A model generated the notes under the pieces. That model was given only the letters and a program-made list of their open reading frames with translations, was not told the origin of the DNA and searched no databases. Below, piece after piece: positions 1 to 9,782 of a DNA stretch of 64,000 nucleotides. The translations under genes and the position numbers were made by a program. Positions within the stretch are counted from its first letter, which is position 1, and each line of letters opens with the position of its first letter. The DNA lies in assembly GCA_963816185.1 (NCBI GenBank), contig CAWFJJ010000001.1, positions 512,001 through 576,000 on the forward strand, written 5' to 3'. Source of the stretch: Thermoanaerobaculia bacterium. GTDB taxonomy: Bacteria; Acidobacteriota; Thermoanaerobaculia; UBA5066.

Positions 1-1
1 C

Positions 2-757
2 GACCTCTACGGCCTCATGGCCGACATGGTCGCGCTCCGAAGTCTCGCCGACCGCCACGGCGTTACGCTCGTCGAAGACGCCGCGCATTGCATCGAAGGG
101 CGCCGTGATGGCTTCGGGCCGGGACGGCTCGCCGATTTCGGCTGCTTCAGCTTCTACGCGACGAAGAACCTCACGTGCGGCGAGGGCGGCGCAATCACGG
201 CCCGCGACGGAGCGAAAAAGAGCCTCCTCCGACAGCTCGGCTCGCACGGCATGTCGAAAAACGCGGCCGACCGGTATGCCGGCAAATACCAGCACTGGGA
301 CATGGAGCGTCTTGGCTACAAGTACAACCTCTCGGACGTGAACGCGGCGCTCCTGCTGCCGCAGCTTCCGAAGCTCGCGGAACGGCTTCGGCGCCGCGAG
401 GAGATCTGCCGCCGCTACGAGGCCGCGTTCCGCGAGACGCAGGGCGTTTCCTTCCCGATCGTGCCTGAGGGCATGACGTCCGGGCGCCACCTCTTCACGA
501 TCTGGGTGGATCCCGAAAAGCGCGACGCCGTTCTCGCCGGCATCCAGGCGCGGGGCGTCGGCGTCGCGGTGAACTACCGCGCGGTGCATCTCACGAAGTT
601 CTATCAGGAGCGTTTCGGCTTCCGCCGCGGCATGTTTCCCCGGGCGGAGCGCATCGGCGACTCCACGATCACGATCCCGCTCTGGCCCGCGATGACGGAC
701 GCTCAGGTCGACGAGGTCATCGCGGCGGTGAAAGAGGCGGTCGCGACAGCGGGATAG
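2..757 (+). CDS. DegT/DnrJ/EryC1/StrS family PLP-dependent aminotransferase (5'-truncated by window edge)
   Basis: EDAAH and FSFYATKNLTCGEGG motifs; the frame is open to the window start (DLYGLMAD). Confidence 0.9.
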   Translation, partial: DLYGLMADMVALRSLADRHGVTLVEDAAHCIEGRRDGFGPGRLADFGCFSFYATKNLTCGEGGAITARDGAKKSLLRQLGSHGMSKNAADRYAGKYQHWDMERLGYKYNLSDVNAALLLPQLPKLAERLRRREEICRRYEAAFRETQGVSFPIVPEGMTSGRHLFTIWVDPEKRDAVLAGIQARGVGVAVNYRAVHLTKFYQERFGFRRGMFPRAERIGDSTITIPLWPAMTDAQVDEVIAAVKEAVATAG

Positions 758-799
758 AGCTCAAGGCGGCCGCGAGGGATACGCACGCGGCGCGGTTCC

Positions 800-2617
800 T
801 CACGCCGGCCCGGTCGACTCCACGATTCTCAGAAGGTCTTTTGCGGGGTCGAGCTCTATGCCGGCGACGAACTTCTTCGAGAGGTTCGGGACGGTGACCG
901 TCGTCGTCGAGATGCCGTCGAGGTTCACGGTCACATCGAACGTCGACCCATCGAGGACCGTGAGCCGAACGACGAGCGTGAAGACGTAGAACGGCTTGTC
1001 GTTCGGACCCGCGACCGGATGGACGACGGTGTGGCCCTGCGTCTGTGTGACCGCCAGCGTCACCGTCGAGGCGTCAGGCGCGTTCTGGTACGTAGCGCGG
1101 AGAACCGGCCGGAAAGGCGTCTCGACCCACTGGTCGAAGAACTGCTTCAGGTCGAGGCCGCTCGCCCTCTCGAAGTCGGCTCGGAGGTCGGCGCGCGATG
1201 CCGTTCCCCACGCGTGCGCGTCTCCGTAGGCGCGAAGCGCCGGGAAGAAGGTGGCGTCGCCCACGAGCCGGCGGAGCATGTGCAGCGCGCGCGCCCCTTT
1301 GTAATAGACGGAGCCCGTGTTCGCGAACGGCGCAGACGGGTCGGCCACGACGGGCGGCGCGAGGCGGCCTCCGTAGAGGTTGTCGTCGTAGGACGCCGAC
1401 AGAGTGGCCCCGGGCGCGAATCCGAGCGCCTTCTCGAGGTACAGGACCTCGCCGTACGTCGCGAACCCTTCGTTCAGCCAGACGTCGTCCCACGTCCGCA
1501 TCGTCACGCGGTCGCCCCACCAGTCGTGCGAGAGCTCGTGGACGAGGAGCGTCGTGATGTCCCGGTCCGTGTTCGCGAGGATGCCCGTACCGATCGACGT
1601 CATCGTCGGGTGCTCCATGCCGCCCGAGAAGGACGAGGCGACGATGCCGTACTTCGTGTCGAGAAACGGGTACTCGCCGAATATCGACGCCTGCGTTGCG
1701 ATGTGGTTCTTGATCGCAGAGAGCCGGGCGACGTTTTCGGCCGCGTACTCGGGCAGGAGGTACGAGCGGATCGGCATCGTCCGTCCGTCGAGCGCCGTGT
1801 ACGTGTCCTCGACGGTCACGTAGTTCGCGACGTTGAGGGACACGAGGTACGTCGAGATGGCTTGCGGGAGCCTCCACGTATACGTGCTCCGGCCGCCGCC
1901 CGCGTCGGCGACCGAGACCGTGCCGGCGGAGGCCGCGACGTAGCCCGCCGGAACCGTGGCGTGAACGGTGACGACGGCCTTGTCCTTCGGGTCGTCCACG
2001 CAGGGCCAGAACGTGCGCGCGAGAAACGGCTCGGCCACGCTCGTCGCGGCGTAGCCCGATTCGTGCTGCCAGAAATCGATGGCGGCCGCCGCGGGCGGCT
2101 GCCCGCCGTACGAGACCGAGATCGTCGCCCGCTCCTCGGCGCCGAGCGGCGGATCGAACGGGATCACGAGCTTCCCGGACGCGTGAACGGCCGCCACGGC
2201 GACGCCGTCGCGCAGCGCCGCCGTCACGGAGTACGCGTCGTCGAAGTCGAGTGCAAGGGAAGAGGTCTTTCGCGCGAAGCCGGCCACGCGGATGACGGTC
2301 GTCCCCGACAGGAACCTCACGGCGGGGTCCATGTCGAACGAGACGTCGTATGAGAGGACGTCGATGCCGCGGTCCGCGCCTTCGACCGACGGAGGAACGC
2401 CGGCCGCGGCGCGCGCGGCGGCGGCGGCTTCGAAACGCGCGCGCTTGGCCGCGGCCTCGACGTGCTCGCGAAACGGGCTGCGGTCGATGCCGAGGGAGGG
2501 AAAAGAGGATGCTGCGAATGAAAGAGAGAGAAGGAAGAATGCCGCGAGCACGCCTGCCGCCAACGAGTGGGCCGGGGATGGGCCGCCGCGGGGACCGTCT
2601 CTCCTCCTTCTAAGCAT
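800..2617 (-). CDS. Secreted M1 family zinc aminopeptidase
   Basis: GGMEHP (GAMEN-like), HELSH-X18-E (WLNEGFATY), YYKG motif; N-terminal hydrophobic segment. Confidence 0.88.
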   Translation of the reverse strand: MLRRRRDGPRGGPSPAHSLAAGVLAAFFLLSLSFAASSFPSLGIDRSPFREHVEAAAKRARFEAAAAARAAAGVPPSVEGADRGIDVLSYDVSFDMDPAVRFLSGTTVIRVAGFARKTSSLALDFDDAYSVTAALRDGVAVAAVHASGKLVIPFDPPLGAEERATISVSYGGQPPAAAAIDFWQHESGYAATSVAEPFLARTFWPCVDDPKDKAVVTVHATVPAGYVAASAGTVSVADAGGGRSTYTWRLPQAISTYLVSLNVANYVTVEDTYTALDGRTMPIRSYLLPEYAAENVARLSAIKNHIATQASIFGEYPFLDTKYGIVASSFSGGMEHPTMTSIGTGILANTDRDITTLLVHELSHDWWGDRVTMRTWDDVWLNEGFATYGEVLYLEKALGFAPGATLSASYDDNLYGGRLAPPVVADPSAPFANTGSVYYKGARALHMLRRLVGDATFFPALRAYGDAHAWGTASRADLRADFERASGLDLKQFFDQWVETPFRPVLRATYQNAPDASTVTLAVTQTQGHTVVHPVAGPNDKPFYVFTLVVRLTVLDGSTFDVTVNLDGISTTTVTVPNLSKKFVAGIELDPAKDLLRIVESTGPA

Positions 2618-2653
2618 CTCTTGGCCGTCCCCCGGTGATGTGTCCCTGCAATC

Positions 2654-4045
2654 TCATGCGAGGAGCTTTCCGATGGCCTCGCCGCTCGCGATGCGCTCGC
2701 CGAGGGCGATGCCGTCGCGGAAGCCGCCGGTCACGTGCAGCGCGCCGGGCGCCGCCGCGTCGAGTGCGACGAGGTCCTGCTCGAGCGCCGCGAGCGTGCG
2801 GTGATGGCCGAGCGGAAGCTGCGGGATCGCCTCCGGCCACCGCGCGATCCACGACCGGGCGGCCGGGCCCAGGCGCGGGAAGAAGCGTGCGACCTCCGCC
2901 GATGCGACCGCGAGGAGGTCCTCGTCGGGCGCGCTCGCCAGCCTGCTGTCGAGGGCTCCGCCGAGGAACGACGTCGTGAGAACGAAGCCTTCGGGCGCCC
3001 GCCCCGTGAAGAGCGACGCCGGATAAAGGATGCCGAGGGAGCGAAATCCTTCCACCTGGGGGATGAGCCCGCCAAACCCGTGCGGAGCGTCGTGCGGCGA
3101 GGCCGGCGCGCGGTATGCCTGCATGACCACGGTGACGGGCGAGTACGCCACGAGAGCGAGGCCCGCGGTCGAGCGCGTCAGGACGCCGCCGAGGAGCCGC
3201 GCGTCCGCAGAGGCCGAGAGCGTCGACACGAGAACGTCGGCGTCGAAGGTCCGCCCGTCGGCAGTGCGCACCGTCCAGCGCCGCCCCGGCGGGGCCGGTG
3301 TGCGCGGCCCTTCGATCGTGACGACGGCCGTGCCCAGCTCCAAATGGAAGCCGGGTTGCGAAGAGAGACGTTGTTGAAGAGTCTCTATGAGGGTGTAGAG
3401 GCCGCCGTCGAACGTGAGGGTCCGAGCGCGATGTCGCGGCGCACCCGCAGCTCCGCCCTCTTTCTTCTTCGTCCTTCTAAGAAATCCTCTTATGACGCTT
3501 CCCGCTGCTCCCTCCGCCTCCCACAGGCGCGGGAACGCCGATCGAATCGAAAGCGAGCGCGGATCGCCCGCGTAGACTCCGGACACCATCGGCCCCGCGC
3601 CGTACACCGCCGCCTCCTCGCCGAAGCGCCGCGCGAAGAAGGAGTGGACGCTCTCGTCGTCCAAAGACGCGGGCCGCGGCGCCACGAACGGCTCCTTGAG
3701 GAGGCGCAGCTTTCCCTTCATCGTGAAGACCTTGTTGAAGAGCGCAGCGGGGCCGGGCACGACCGCGCGGGGCGAGCCGCCGCGTACGATCCAGCGCGGA
3801 GCCTTGCGGTCGGCCTTGACGGTACGAGCCGCGAGACCGAGATCGGCGAGGAGGCGCTCGGCGGCCTCGGTCGTGCGCAGCGTGTTCGGCCCGCATTCGA
3901 GCGTGAACCCGTCCTCCCGGATCGTCCTGATCGAGCCGCCCGCCTGCGGCCCCGCCTCGAGGATGACCGTCTCGCCCTCTCTCCCGCGCCGGAACGCGGT
4001 CGTGAGGCCCGCGATCCCGCCTCCGAGGATGACGACGCGTGTCAC
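2654..4045 (-). CDS. hemY: FAD-dependent protoporphyrinogen/coproporphyrinogen oxidase (HemY/HemG type)
   Basis: GTG start overlaps hemH stop; GGGIAGL dinucleotide motif, ECGPNT, GVYAGD; heme operon context. Confidence 0.88.
   Translation of the reverse strand: MTRVVILGGGIAGLTTAFRRGREGETVILEAGPQAGGSIRTIREDGFTLECGPNTLRTTEAAERLLADLGLAARTVKADRKAPRWIVRGGSPRAVVPGPAALFNKVFTMKGKLRLLKEPFVAPRPASLDDESVHSFFARRFGEEAAVYGAGPMVSGVYAGDPRSLSIRSAFPRLWEAEGAAGSVIRGFLRRTKKKEGGAAGAPRHRARTLTFDGGLYTLIETLQQRLSSQPGFHLELGTAVVTIEGPRTPAPPGRRWTVRTADGRTFDADVLVSTLSASADARLLGGVLTRSTAGLALVAYSPVTVVMQAYRAPASPHDAPHGFGGLIPQVEGFRSLGILYPASLFTGRAPEGFVLTTSFLGGALDSRLASAPDEDLLAVASAEVARFFPRLGPAARSWIARWPEAIPQLPLGHHRTLAALEQDLVALDAAAPGALHVTGGFRDGIALGERIASGEAIGKLLA
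3474..3486 (+). repeat. Dispersed motif CTTCTAAGAAATC (antisense within hemY)
   Basis: Exact consensus copy within a pyrimidine tract. Confidence 0.75.
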
Positions 4046-5031
4046 GCGGCGGCCTTTCCGACGATGTCGGCGAGCGCGCGAATGAACGCCGGATGGTCGT
4101 TGAGGCCCTCGGCGACCGCGTAATGCGGGATGCCGAGGCGTGCCGCTTCGTCGCCGAAGAGCAGCCGGATCTCGTAGAGCGTCTCGACGTGGTCCGACAC
4201 GAAGGCGACCGGTACGACGAGCACCTGTTTTTCGCCTGCCTTCGCGAGGTCCGCGAGGACCTGAGGTGTCGATGGGCCGAGCCATTCGACGGGCCCGACC
4301 TTCGACTGGTACCCGAGGCGCGACCGGTAGCGGTTCCCGAGCGCCGCGTCGATCAACCGAACGGTCTCCTCGATCTGGCGCGGATAAGGGTCCTTCTCCC
4401 TCGTCACGGTCTTGACGGGCAGCGAATGCGCCGAATAGAGGATCACGGTCCTCTTGGGATCCGGGTCCGGCAGGAGGGCGGCCGCGGCGAGAATGCGGTC
4501 CACGTGCGCCGCGATGAAGCCCGGTTCGTCGAACCACGCGTCGGGCGCGAGCCGGCATTCCGGCGCCCAGCCGTTCGCGGCGAGAGCTTTCGAGACGCGG
4601 GCGAACGAGCCGCGCGTCGTCGTCACGGAGTACTGGGGATAGAGCGGCAGGACGAGAAGCCGCGTGGCTCCCGCAAGGCGCAGCTCCTCGAGAGCGGTCT
4701 CCACGGTGGGCGCAGAGCATGTCATGCCGACTCGCACGGCGGGTGCAGGAGCGGCGGCCTCCGTCCGAAGGCCGAGCGCCTCCTCGAGAAGCCGGGCCTG
4801 CGTTTCCGACCAGCGGCGGATCGGCGACCATCCGATGCGCTCGTAGATCTCGGCTGATTTCGGCGCGCGGAGCGTCGCGATCGTCCACGCTACGAGCTTT
4901 CGCAAGGGTGCGAATCGAATGTTCAGGATCTCGGGATCCACGAACAGCTCGTAGAGAAACGGCTTGAGCTCTGCACGGGATTCGGGGCCTCCAAGCTGCA
5001 CGAGGAGGACGCCCAGCTTCTCGCCGCTCAC
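4042..5031 (-). CDS. hemH: Ferrochelatase
   Basis: LVQLGGP, PLYPQYSVTT, SAHSLP, YQSKVGPVEWLGP, FVSDHVETLYEI; GTG start overlaps hemN stop. Confidence 0.95.
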   Translation of the reverse strand: MSGEKLGVLLVQLGGPESRAELKPFLYELFVDPEILNIRFAPLRKLVAWTIATLRAPKSAEIYERIGWSPIRRWSETQARLLEEALGLRTEAAAPAPAVRVGMTCSAPTVETALEELRLAGATRLLVLPLYPQYSVTTTRGSFARVSKALAANGWAPECRLAPDAWFDEPGFIAAHVDRILAAAALLPDPDPKRTVILYSAHSLPVKTVTREKDPYPRQIEETVRLIDAALGNRYRSRLGYQSKVGPVEWLGPSTPQVLADLAKAGEKQVLVVPVAFVSDHVETLYEIRLLFGDEAARLGIPHYAVAEGLNDHPAFIRALADIVGKAAA

Positions 5032-6455
5032 AACGTTCGGGAGAAGATCTTCGGCGCGTCGGGCGCTTTCTGCTCGAGGTAGGCGTCGAACAGCATGGCG
5101 ACGTTCCGGATGAAGATCCGCCCGAGCGCCGTCACGCGGATCTCGTCCCGCGTCAGCTCGACCATCTCGTCCGCGACGAACTCGGGAAGCCGCGCCATGG
5201 CCGAGGCGAAGGTCTCGTCGAACGAACGGAGGGAGTACGCGCGTTCGATCGCGCGCTTGTCGATGACGCAATGGCAGAGCAGCCGCGTGATGACGTCGCG
5301 CCTGAGGAAGTCGTCCCGCGTGAGCCGGTGCCCTTTGACGGTCGAGAAGCGTGCCTCCTCCGTCGCTTGGTGATAGTGGGCGTAGTCCTTCGTGTTCTGG
5401 ACGTACGCGTCGTCGATCGAGCCGATCGCCGAGACTCCCAGCCCGTAGAGATCGCAGCCGGCGTGCGTCGTGTAGCCCTGGAAGTTGCGGGTGAGGGTGC
5501 GGTCCTGCTGCGCCTTGACGATCTCGTCGTGCGGTAGCGCGAAGTGGTCCATGCCGATATAGGTGTAGCCCGCCGCGGTGAAACGCTCGATGCCGGAGAC
5601 GAAGATCGCGAACTTTTCGGTGCCTTCGGGCAGGTGGGCCGCGAGGACACGCTGCGGCCGCTTGAGCCATGGCACGTGCGCGTAGGAGTACATCGCGACG
5701 CGGTCGGGGTGCAGCGAGATGATGTCCTCGACGCTCTTCTCGAAGCCCGCGCGCTTCTGGCCGGGGAGGCCGTAGATCATGTCGAGGTTCACGGAGGCGT
5801 AGCCGAGCGCGCGCGCGGCGTCGACGAGCGTCTTCGTCATCTCGAAGGGCTGGATGCGGTTTACGAGCTCCTGCACCTCGGGGTCGAAGTCCTGCACGCC
5901 CATCGACACGCGGTTGAAGCCGCGGTCCTTCAGGACGGCGAGGTGCTCCGGCGTCGTCACGCGCGGATCCACCTCGACGGAGATTTCCGCGTCGCCGGCG
6001 GGCCGGAACGTTTCGAGGAGGTGCTGCGCGAGCCGGTCCGCCTGCTTCGGCGTCAGGTACGTCGGCGTGCCGCCGCCCCAGTGCACCTGCTTGATCGCGC
6101 GCGCGCGGTCGACGTGCGACGCGAGGATGTCGATCTCGCGATGGACGTCCGCGAGGTAAGGCTCGATTTCCTCGCGCGAGTCGCCCTGACGGTCCGGTTT
6201 CGGGACGATCTTCATGAAGCAGCCGCAGAACCAGCACTGCTCGTCGCAGAAGGGAAGATGGACGTAAAGGGAGACGGGCGACTCCTTCGCGTTCGCGCGT
6301 GCGCACGCGGCCTCGTAGTCGGCGGGGGAGGACTCGGTCCACTCCGGCGCCGTCGGATATGACGTGTACCGCGGGCCCTGGACGTTGTACTTTTCGAGCA
6401 GCTCGGTCGTCATCGGGAGCGTCTCGCCCCGGAGCCGGATCGGAATGGCCGTCAC
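5028..6455 (-). CDS. hemN: Oxygen-independent coproporphyrinogen III oxidase (radical SAM)
   Basis: GPRYTSYPTA, CDEQCWFC, RNFQGYT; start is GTG 6455 (7 nt after TAACCT) or ATG 6413. Confidence 0.95.
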   Translation of the reverse strand: MTAIPIRLRGETLPMTTELLEKYNVQGPRYTSYPTAPEWTESSPADYEAACARANAKESPVSLYVHLPFCDEQCWFCGCFMKIVPKPDRQGDSREEIEPYLADVHREIDILASHVDRARAIKQVHWGGGTPTYLTPKQADRLAQHLLETFRPAGDAEISVEVDPRVTTPEHLAVLKDRGFNRVSMGVQDFDPEVQELVNRIQPFEMTKTLVDAARALGYASVNLDMIYGLPGQKRAGFEKSVEDIISLHPDRVAMYSYAHVPWLKRPQRVLAAHLPEGTEKFAIFVSGIERFTAAGYTYIGMDHFALPHDEIVKAQQDRTLTRNFQGYTTHAGCDLYGLGVSAIGSIDDAYVQNTKDYAHYHQATEEARFSTVKGHRLTRDDFLRRDVITRLLCHCVIDKRAIERAYSLRSFDETFASAMARLPEFVADEMVELTRDEIRVTALGRIFIRNVAMLFDAYLEQKAPDAPKIFSRTL

Positions 6456-6527
6456 GCGCGCGAGGTTAGCACCCGGCGGGACGGTTCCCACGTCCAGGTC
6501 GCGTGCACGAACGACCCAATCGCTCGA

Positions 6528-7574
6528 TCACGTCGGCAGCGGCGCGCGCGCGGCCGCCACGAAGGCCGCGACGTTCTCGGGCGCCGTGGGCGGGAGGATG
6601 CCGTGGCCGAGGTTCACGATGTGGCCGACGGGACCGGCCGCGCGGCGGGCGGCGAACACGGCTTCCCTCACGCCTTCCGGTGTTCCGAGGAGGACGCCGG
6701 GGTCGACGTTTCCCTGCAGCGCCTTGCCTTTCGCACGTTTCCTCGCCTCGTCGAGCGGGAGCTTCCAGTCGATGGAGAGGACGTCGACGGGCATTTGCGC
6801 GAACGAATCGACGAGATGCGTCGAGCCCGAGGCGAAGAGGATGACCGGAACCTGCGAGCGCCGCGGCAGGTGCGACACGAGCCGCTCGGTCGCGGGGCGC
6901 GCGAATCGGTCGTAGTCGGCGCGCGAGAGCTCGCCCGCCCACGAGTCGAAGACCTGGACGACGTCGGCGCCGGCTTCGATCTGCGCGGCGAGGTATTTGC
7001 CGCAGGAGTCGGCGAGCTTCGCGAGAAGCTCTTCGAGCAGCTTCGGCTCGCGGTGCATCATGGCCTTGACCGTCGCGAACGACTTCGACGAGCCTCCCTC
7101 GATCGCGTACGTCGCGAGGGTCCACGGCGCCCCGCAGAACCCGATCGTGGCCGCCGCGTCGTGGACGATCCTCTTCAGGCCGCGATGGATCTCCGTCACG
7201 AACGCGGTCTCGACGTTCGGATCGAAATCGTGGAGAGACGCCACGTCGCGCTCGGTGCGGACGGGGCTCGGAAGCTGCGGCCCTTCCTCGTCGAGCCGGA
7301 CCTCGAGGCCCATCGGCGGAAGAGGGATCAGGATGTCGGAGAAGAAGACGACGCCGTCCATGCCGAAGCGCCGGAAGGGCTGGAGGGACACCTCGATGGC
7401 GGCCGGGACGTCCGCGCACAGCTCGAGGAACTTGAGCCTCTTGCGGACCTCGCGGTACTCGGGCAGATAGCGTCCGGCCTGTCGCATGAGCCAGACGGGC
7501 GGGAGGTCCGTCGGACGGCCGAAGGCGGCGTCGACGAAGCGCTGGCGGGACGGTGCCGGAGCAGCCTGGGGCAT
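6528..7574 (-). CDS. hemE: Uroporphyrinogen decarboxylase
   Basis: PVWLMRQAGRYLPEY, FSDIL, GAPWTLATY, NLGHGI. Confidence 0.96.
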   Translation of the reverse strand: MPQAAPAPSRQRFVDAAFGRPTDLPPVWLMRQAGRYLPEYREVRKRLKFLELCADVPAAIEVSLQPFRRFGMDGVVFFSDILIPLPPMGLEVRLDEEGPQLPSPVRTERDVASLHDFDPNVETAFVTEIHRGLKRIVHDAAATIGFCGAPWTLATYAIEGGSSKSFATVKAMMHREPKLLEELLAKLADSCGKYLAAQIEAGADVVQVFDSWAGELSRADYDRFARPATERLVSHLPRRSQVPVILFASGSTHLVDSFAQMPVDVLSIDWKLPLDEARKRAKGKALQGNVDPGVLLGTPEGVREAVFAARRAAGPVGHIVNLGHGILPPTAPENVAAFVAAARAPLPT

Positions 7575-7658
7575 GGCGCGGGAGGTTAGCATCGCGATGC
7601 GCGACGGTTCGTCGCTTCCCTGATGCATCCGTACTGATTCTCGCCCGGAGGGGGTTCC

Positions 7659-7664
7659 TATAAT
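7659..7664 (+). promoter_or_regulatory. sigma70 -10 element (TATAAT), probably a leaderless promoter for the ccsA-hemA operon
   Basis: Perfect TATAAT 7 nt before GTG 7672 with no Shine-Dalgarno in between. Confidence 0.65.
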
Positions 7665-7671
7665 CGCCGAT

Positions 7672-8514
7672 GTGACCGGGGCCGCGCAGCTTGCTTCGAC
7701 TCTGGGATGGGTGGCCCTCGTCGCGTACGCCCTTTCGGCGGTTCTCTACGCGATGTCCCTGTTCCGGACGGCCGAGTCGATCGGCCGGTCGGCGACGGCT
7801 TTCGCGGTTCTCGGTGCCGTCTGCAACTTCGGCACGCTCTACGCGCGCTCTCTTGCTCTCCACAGCGTGCCGTACCGCGACCTTCTCGGCTCGATGAAGC
7901 TCTTCGGCTTCTTCCTCGCCGTGATGAACATCGTGCTCGAGCTCCGCCACAAAGACCGCTCCCTTGGGCCGTTCCTGATGCCCGCGGCCCTCGTGTTTCT
8001 CGTGCTTGCGGCCGTTCAGACGACGCCCGTTCCCAAGGACGCGCCGGAGCTGAAAGGCCCGGTTTTCGCCCTCCACGTCACGCTCAACATGCTCGCGTAC
8101 GCCGCGTTCGCGGTCGCCTGCGCGCTCTCGCTGCTTTATGTCGTCGTGGGGCGTTCGCTGAAGAAGCGTGCCTTGACGGGTCCCGCCTCGCGGCTCCCGA
8201 GCCTCTCGTACCTCGAGCGCGCGAACCGGACGTCGCTTTCTCTGGGCATCCTCTCGCTCACGGTCGGGGTTCTCCTCGGTCTCTTCTGGGCGTCGCGTAT
8301 GTGGAAAGGAGAGCACCCGCTGTGGGCGCTCGACCCGAAGATCTGGTTCGCGCTCGCGACGCTCGCGTTCTACGTCTTCGTCCTCGTGCGCGCGCGCCGG
8401 GGTGCGGCGCCCGTCTCGACGGCCCGGCTCTCGATCGCCGGGTTCGTGCTCGTCCTCCTCTCCTACACGGCCGTCAACCTCCTCGTCAGCAAGCTGCACG
8501 ATTTCGCCTCATGA
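7672..8514 (+). CDS. Cytochrome c assembly (CcsA/HemX-like) membrane protein
   Basis: Multiple TM helices, conserved His (LHVTL), W-x(n)-DPK motif; lies directly upstream of hemA. Confidence 0.8.
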   Translation: MTGAAQLASTLGWVALVAYALSAVLYAMSLFRTAESIGRSATAFAVLGAVCNFGTLYARSLALHSVPYRDLLGSMKLFGFFLAVMNIVLELRHKDRSLGPFLMPAALVFLVLAAVQTTPVPKDAPELKGPVFALHVTLNMLAYAAFAVACALSLLYVVVGRSLKKRALTGPASRLPSLSYLERANRTSLSLGILSLTVGVLLGLFWASRMWKGEHPLWALDPKIWFALATLAFYVFVLVRARRGAAPVSTARLSIAGFVLVLLSYTAVNLLVSKLHDFAS

Positions 8515-9782
8515 ACCTGCTCTTCGTCGGATGGGACCATCGCGCGGCACCTCTCGATCTGAGAGAGAGACTCGCGTTCACGCCGGAAAAGGCGCGCGAG
8601 GCGCTCGACGGGCTCTTCCAGGAGCACATCCTGTCCGAAGGCGCGATCGTGTCCACGTGCAACCGCGCCGAGATCTACGGGATGTCCGACCGCGAGGACG
8701 GGCTCGACGCGCTCGCCGGTTTCTTCTCGCGGTTTCACCGCGTGGATGACGCGCTCCTGCGCCGGACGGCTCTTTCGGGCCACGGCGACGCGACGGTGAG
8801 GCACCTCTTCCGCGTGGCCGCGGGTCTCGACTCGATGGTCCTCGGCGAGGCGCAGATCCTCGGGCAGATCCGCGAGGCGCACCGCCTCGCGACGGCGGCC
8901 GGCACGGTGCGAACCGTGACGAACCGGCTGTTCATGAGCGCGCTCGAATGCGGCAAGCGCGTCCGTGCCGAGACGGCGCTCGGCCACAAACCGACGTCCG
9001 TCGCGGGGCTCGCACTCCTCCTCGCGGGGCGCATCTTCGAATCGCTGAAAGACAGGAGAGTCCTCCTGATCGGCGCCGGAGAGACGGCCGAGCTCACGGC
9101 CCGGCTTCTCGCCGAGGACGGCGTGTCGGAAATCCTCGTCGCGAACCGCTCGCACGAGACGGGCGAGGCCCTCGCCGCGACAATCCACGGCCGGGCCGTG
9201 CGGTGGGAAGAGCGTGCCCGGGCGGCCGCCTCCGTCGATCTCGTCCTCTCGGCCACGAACGCAACCGAGCCCGTTCTGACCGCCGGGGCCTTGCGCACCG
9301 CGCTTCACGGCGCGCCGCGGCGCGGCCCGCTTCTCGTTCTCGACCTGGCCGTCCCGCGCGACGTCGAGCCCGAGGTCGGCGAGCTCACCGATGTGTACCG
9401 GTACGATCTCGACTCCCTTCAGGAGATGGCGGCGGTGAATGCGCGGGCGCGCGCCGGCGAGGTGCCGCATGCCGAGGCGATCGTCGAGGAGAGCGTCCGG
9501 AGATTCCAGGAGTGGTGGGGCGGGCTCCTGCAGGGCGACGTCGTGCGCGGCCTGAGGGAGAAGCTCGAGAGCATCCGGCGCGCCGAGCTCGAGAAGCACG
9601 CCGGCAAGCTCGCCGCGCTCGACCCGGCCGCACGGGCGGCGGTCGAGCGCCTGACGGAGACCCTCGTCGCCCACATCCTCCACGACCCGACGGTGGGTCT
9701 GAAGGAAGGGGACGGCTCCGAGCGTCTCGAGCGCGCCGCGGCCGTACGCGCCCTTTTCCACCTCGACGAGGGACCGAAATGA
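8511..9782 (+). CDS. hemA: Glutamyl-tRNA reductase
   Basis: HRAAPLDLRE, STCNRAE, GLDSMVLGEAQILGQ, GAGET, DLAVPRDVE. Confidence 0.97.
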   Translation: MNLLFVGWDHRAAPLDLRERLAFTPEKAREALDGLFQEHILSEGAIVSTCNRAEIYGMSDREDGLDALAGFFSRFHRVDDALLRRTALSGHGDATVRHLFRVAAGLDSMVLGEAQILGQIREAHRLATAAGTVRTVTNRLFMSALECGKRVRAETALGHKPTSVAGLALLLAGRIFESLKDRRVLLIGAGETAELTARLLAEDGVSEILVANRSHETGEALAATIHGRAVRWEERARAAASVDLVLSATNATEPVLTAGALRTALHGAPRRGPLLVLDLAVPRDVEPEVGELTDVYRYDLDSLQEMAAVNARARAGEVPHAEAIVEESVRRFQEWWGGLLQGDVVRGLREKLESIRRAELEKHAGKLAALDPAARAAVERLTETLVAHILHDPTVGLKEGDGSERLERAAAVRALFHLDEGPK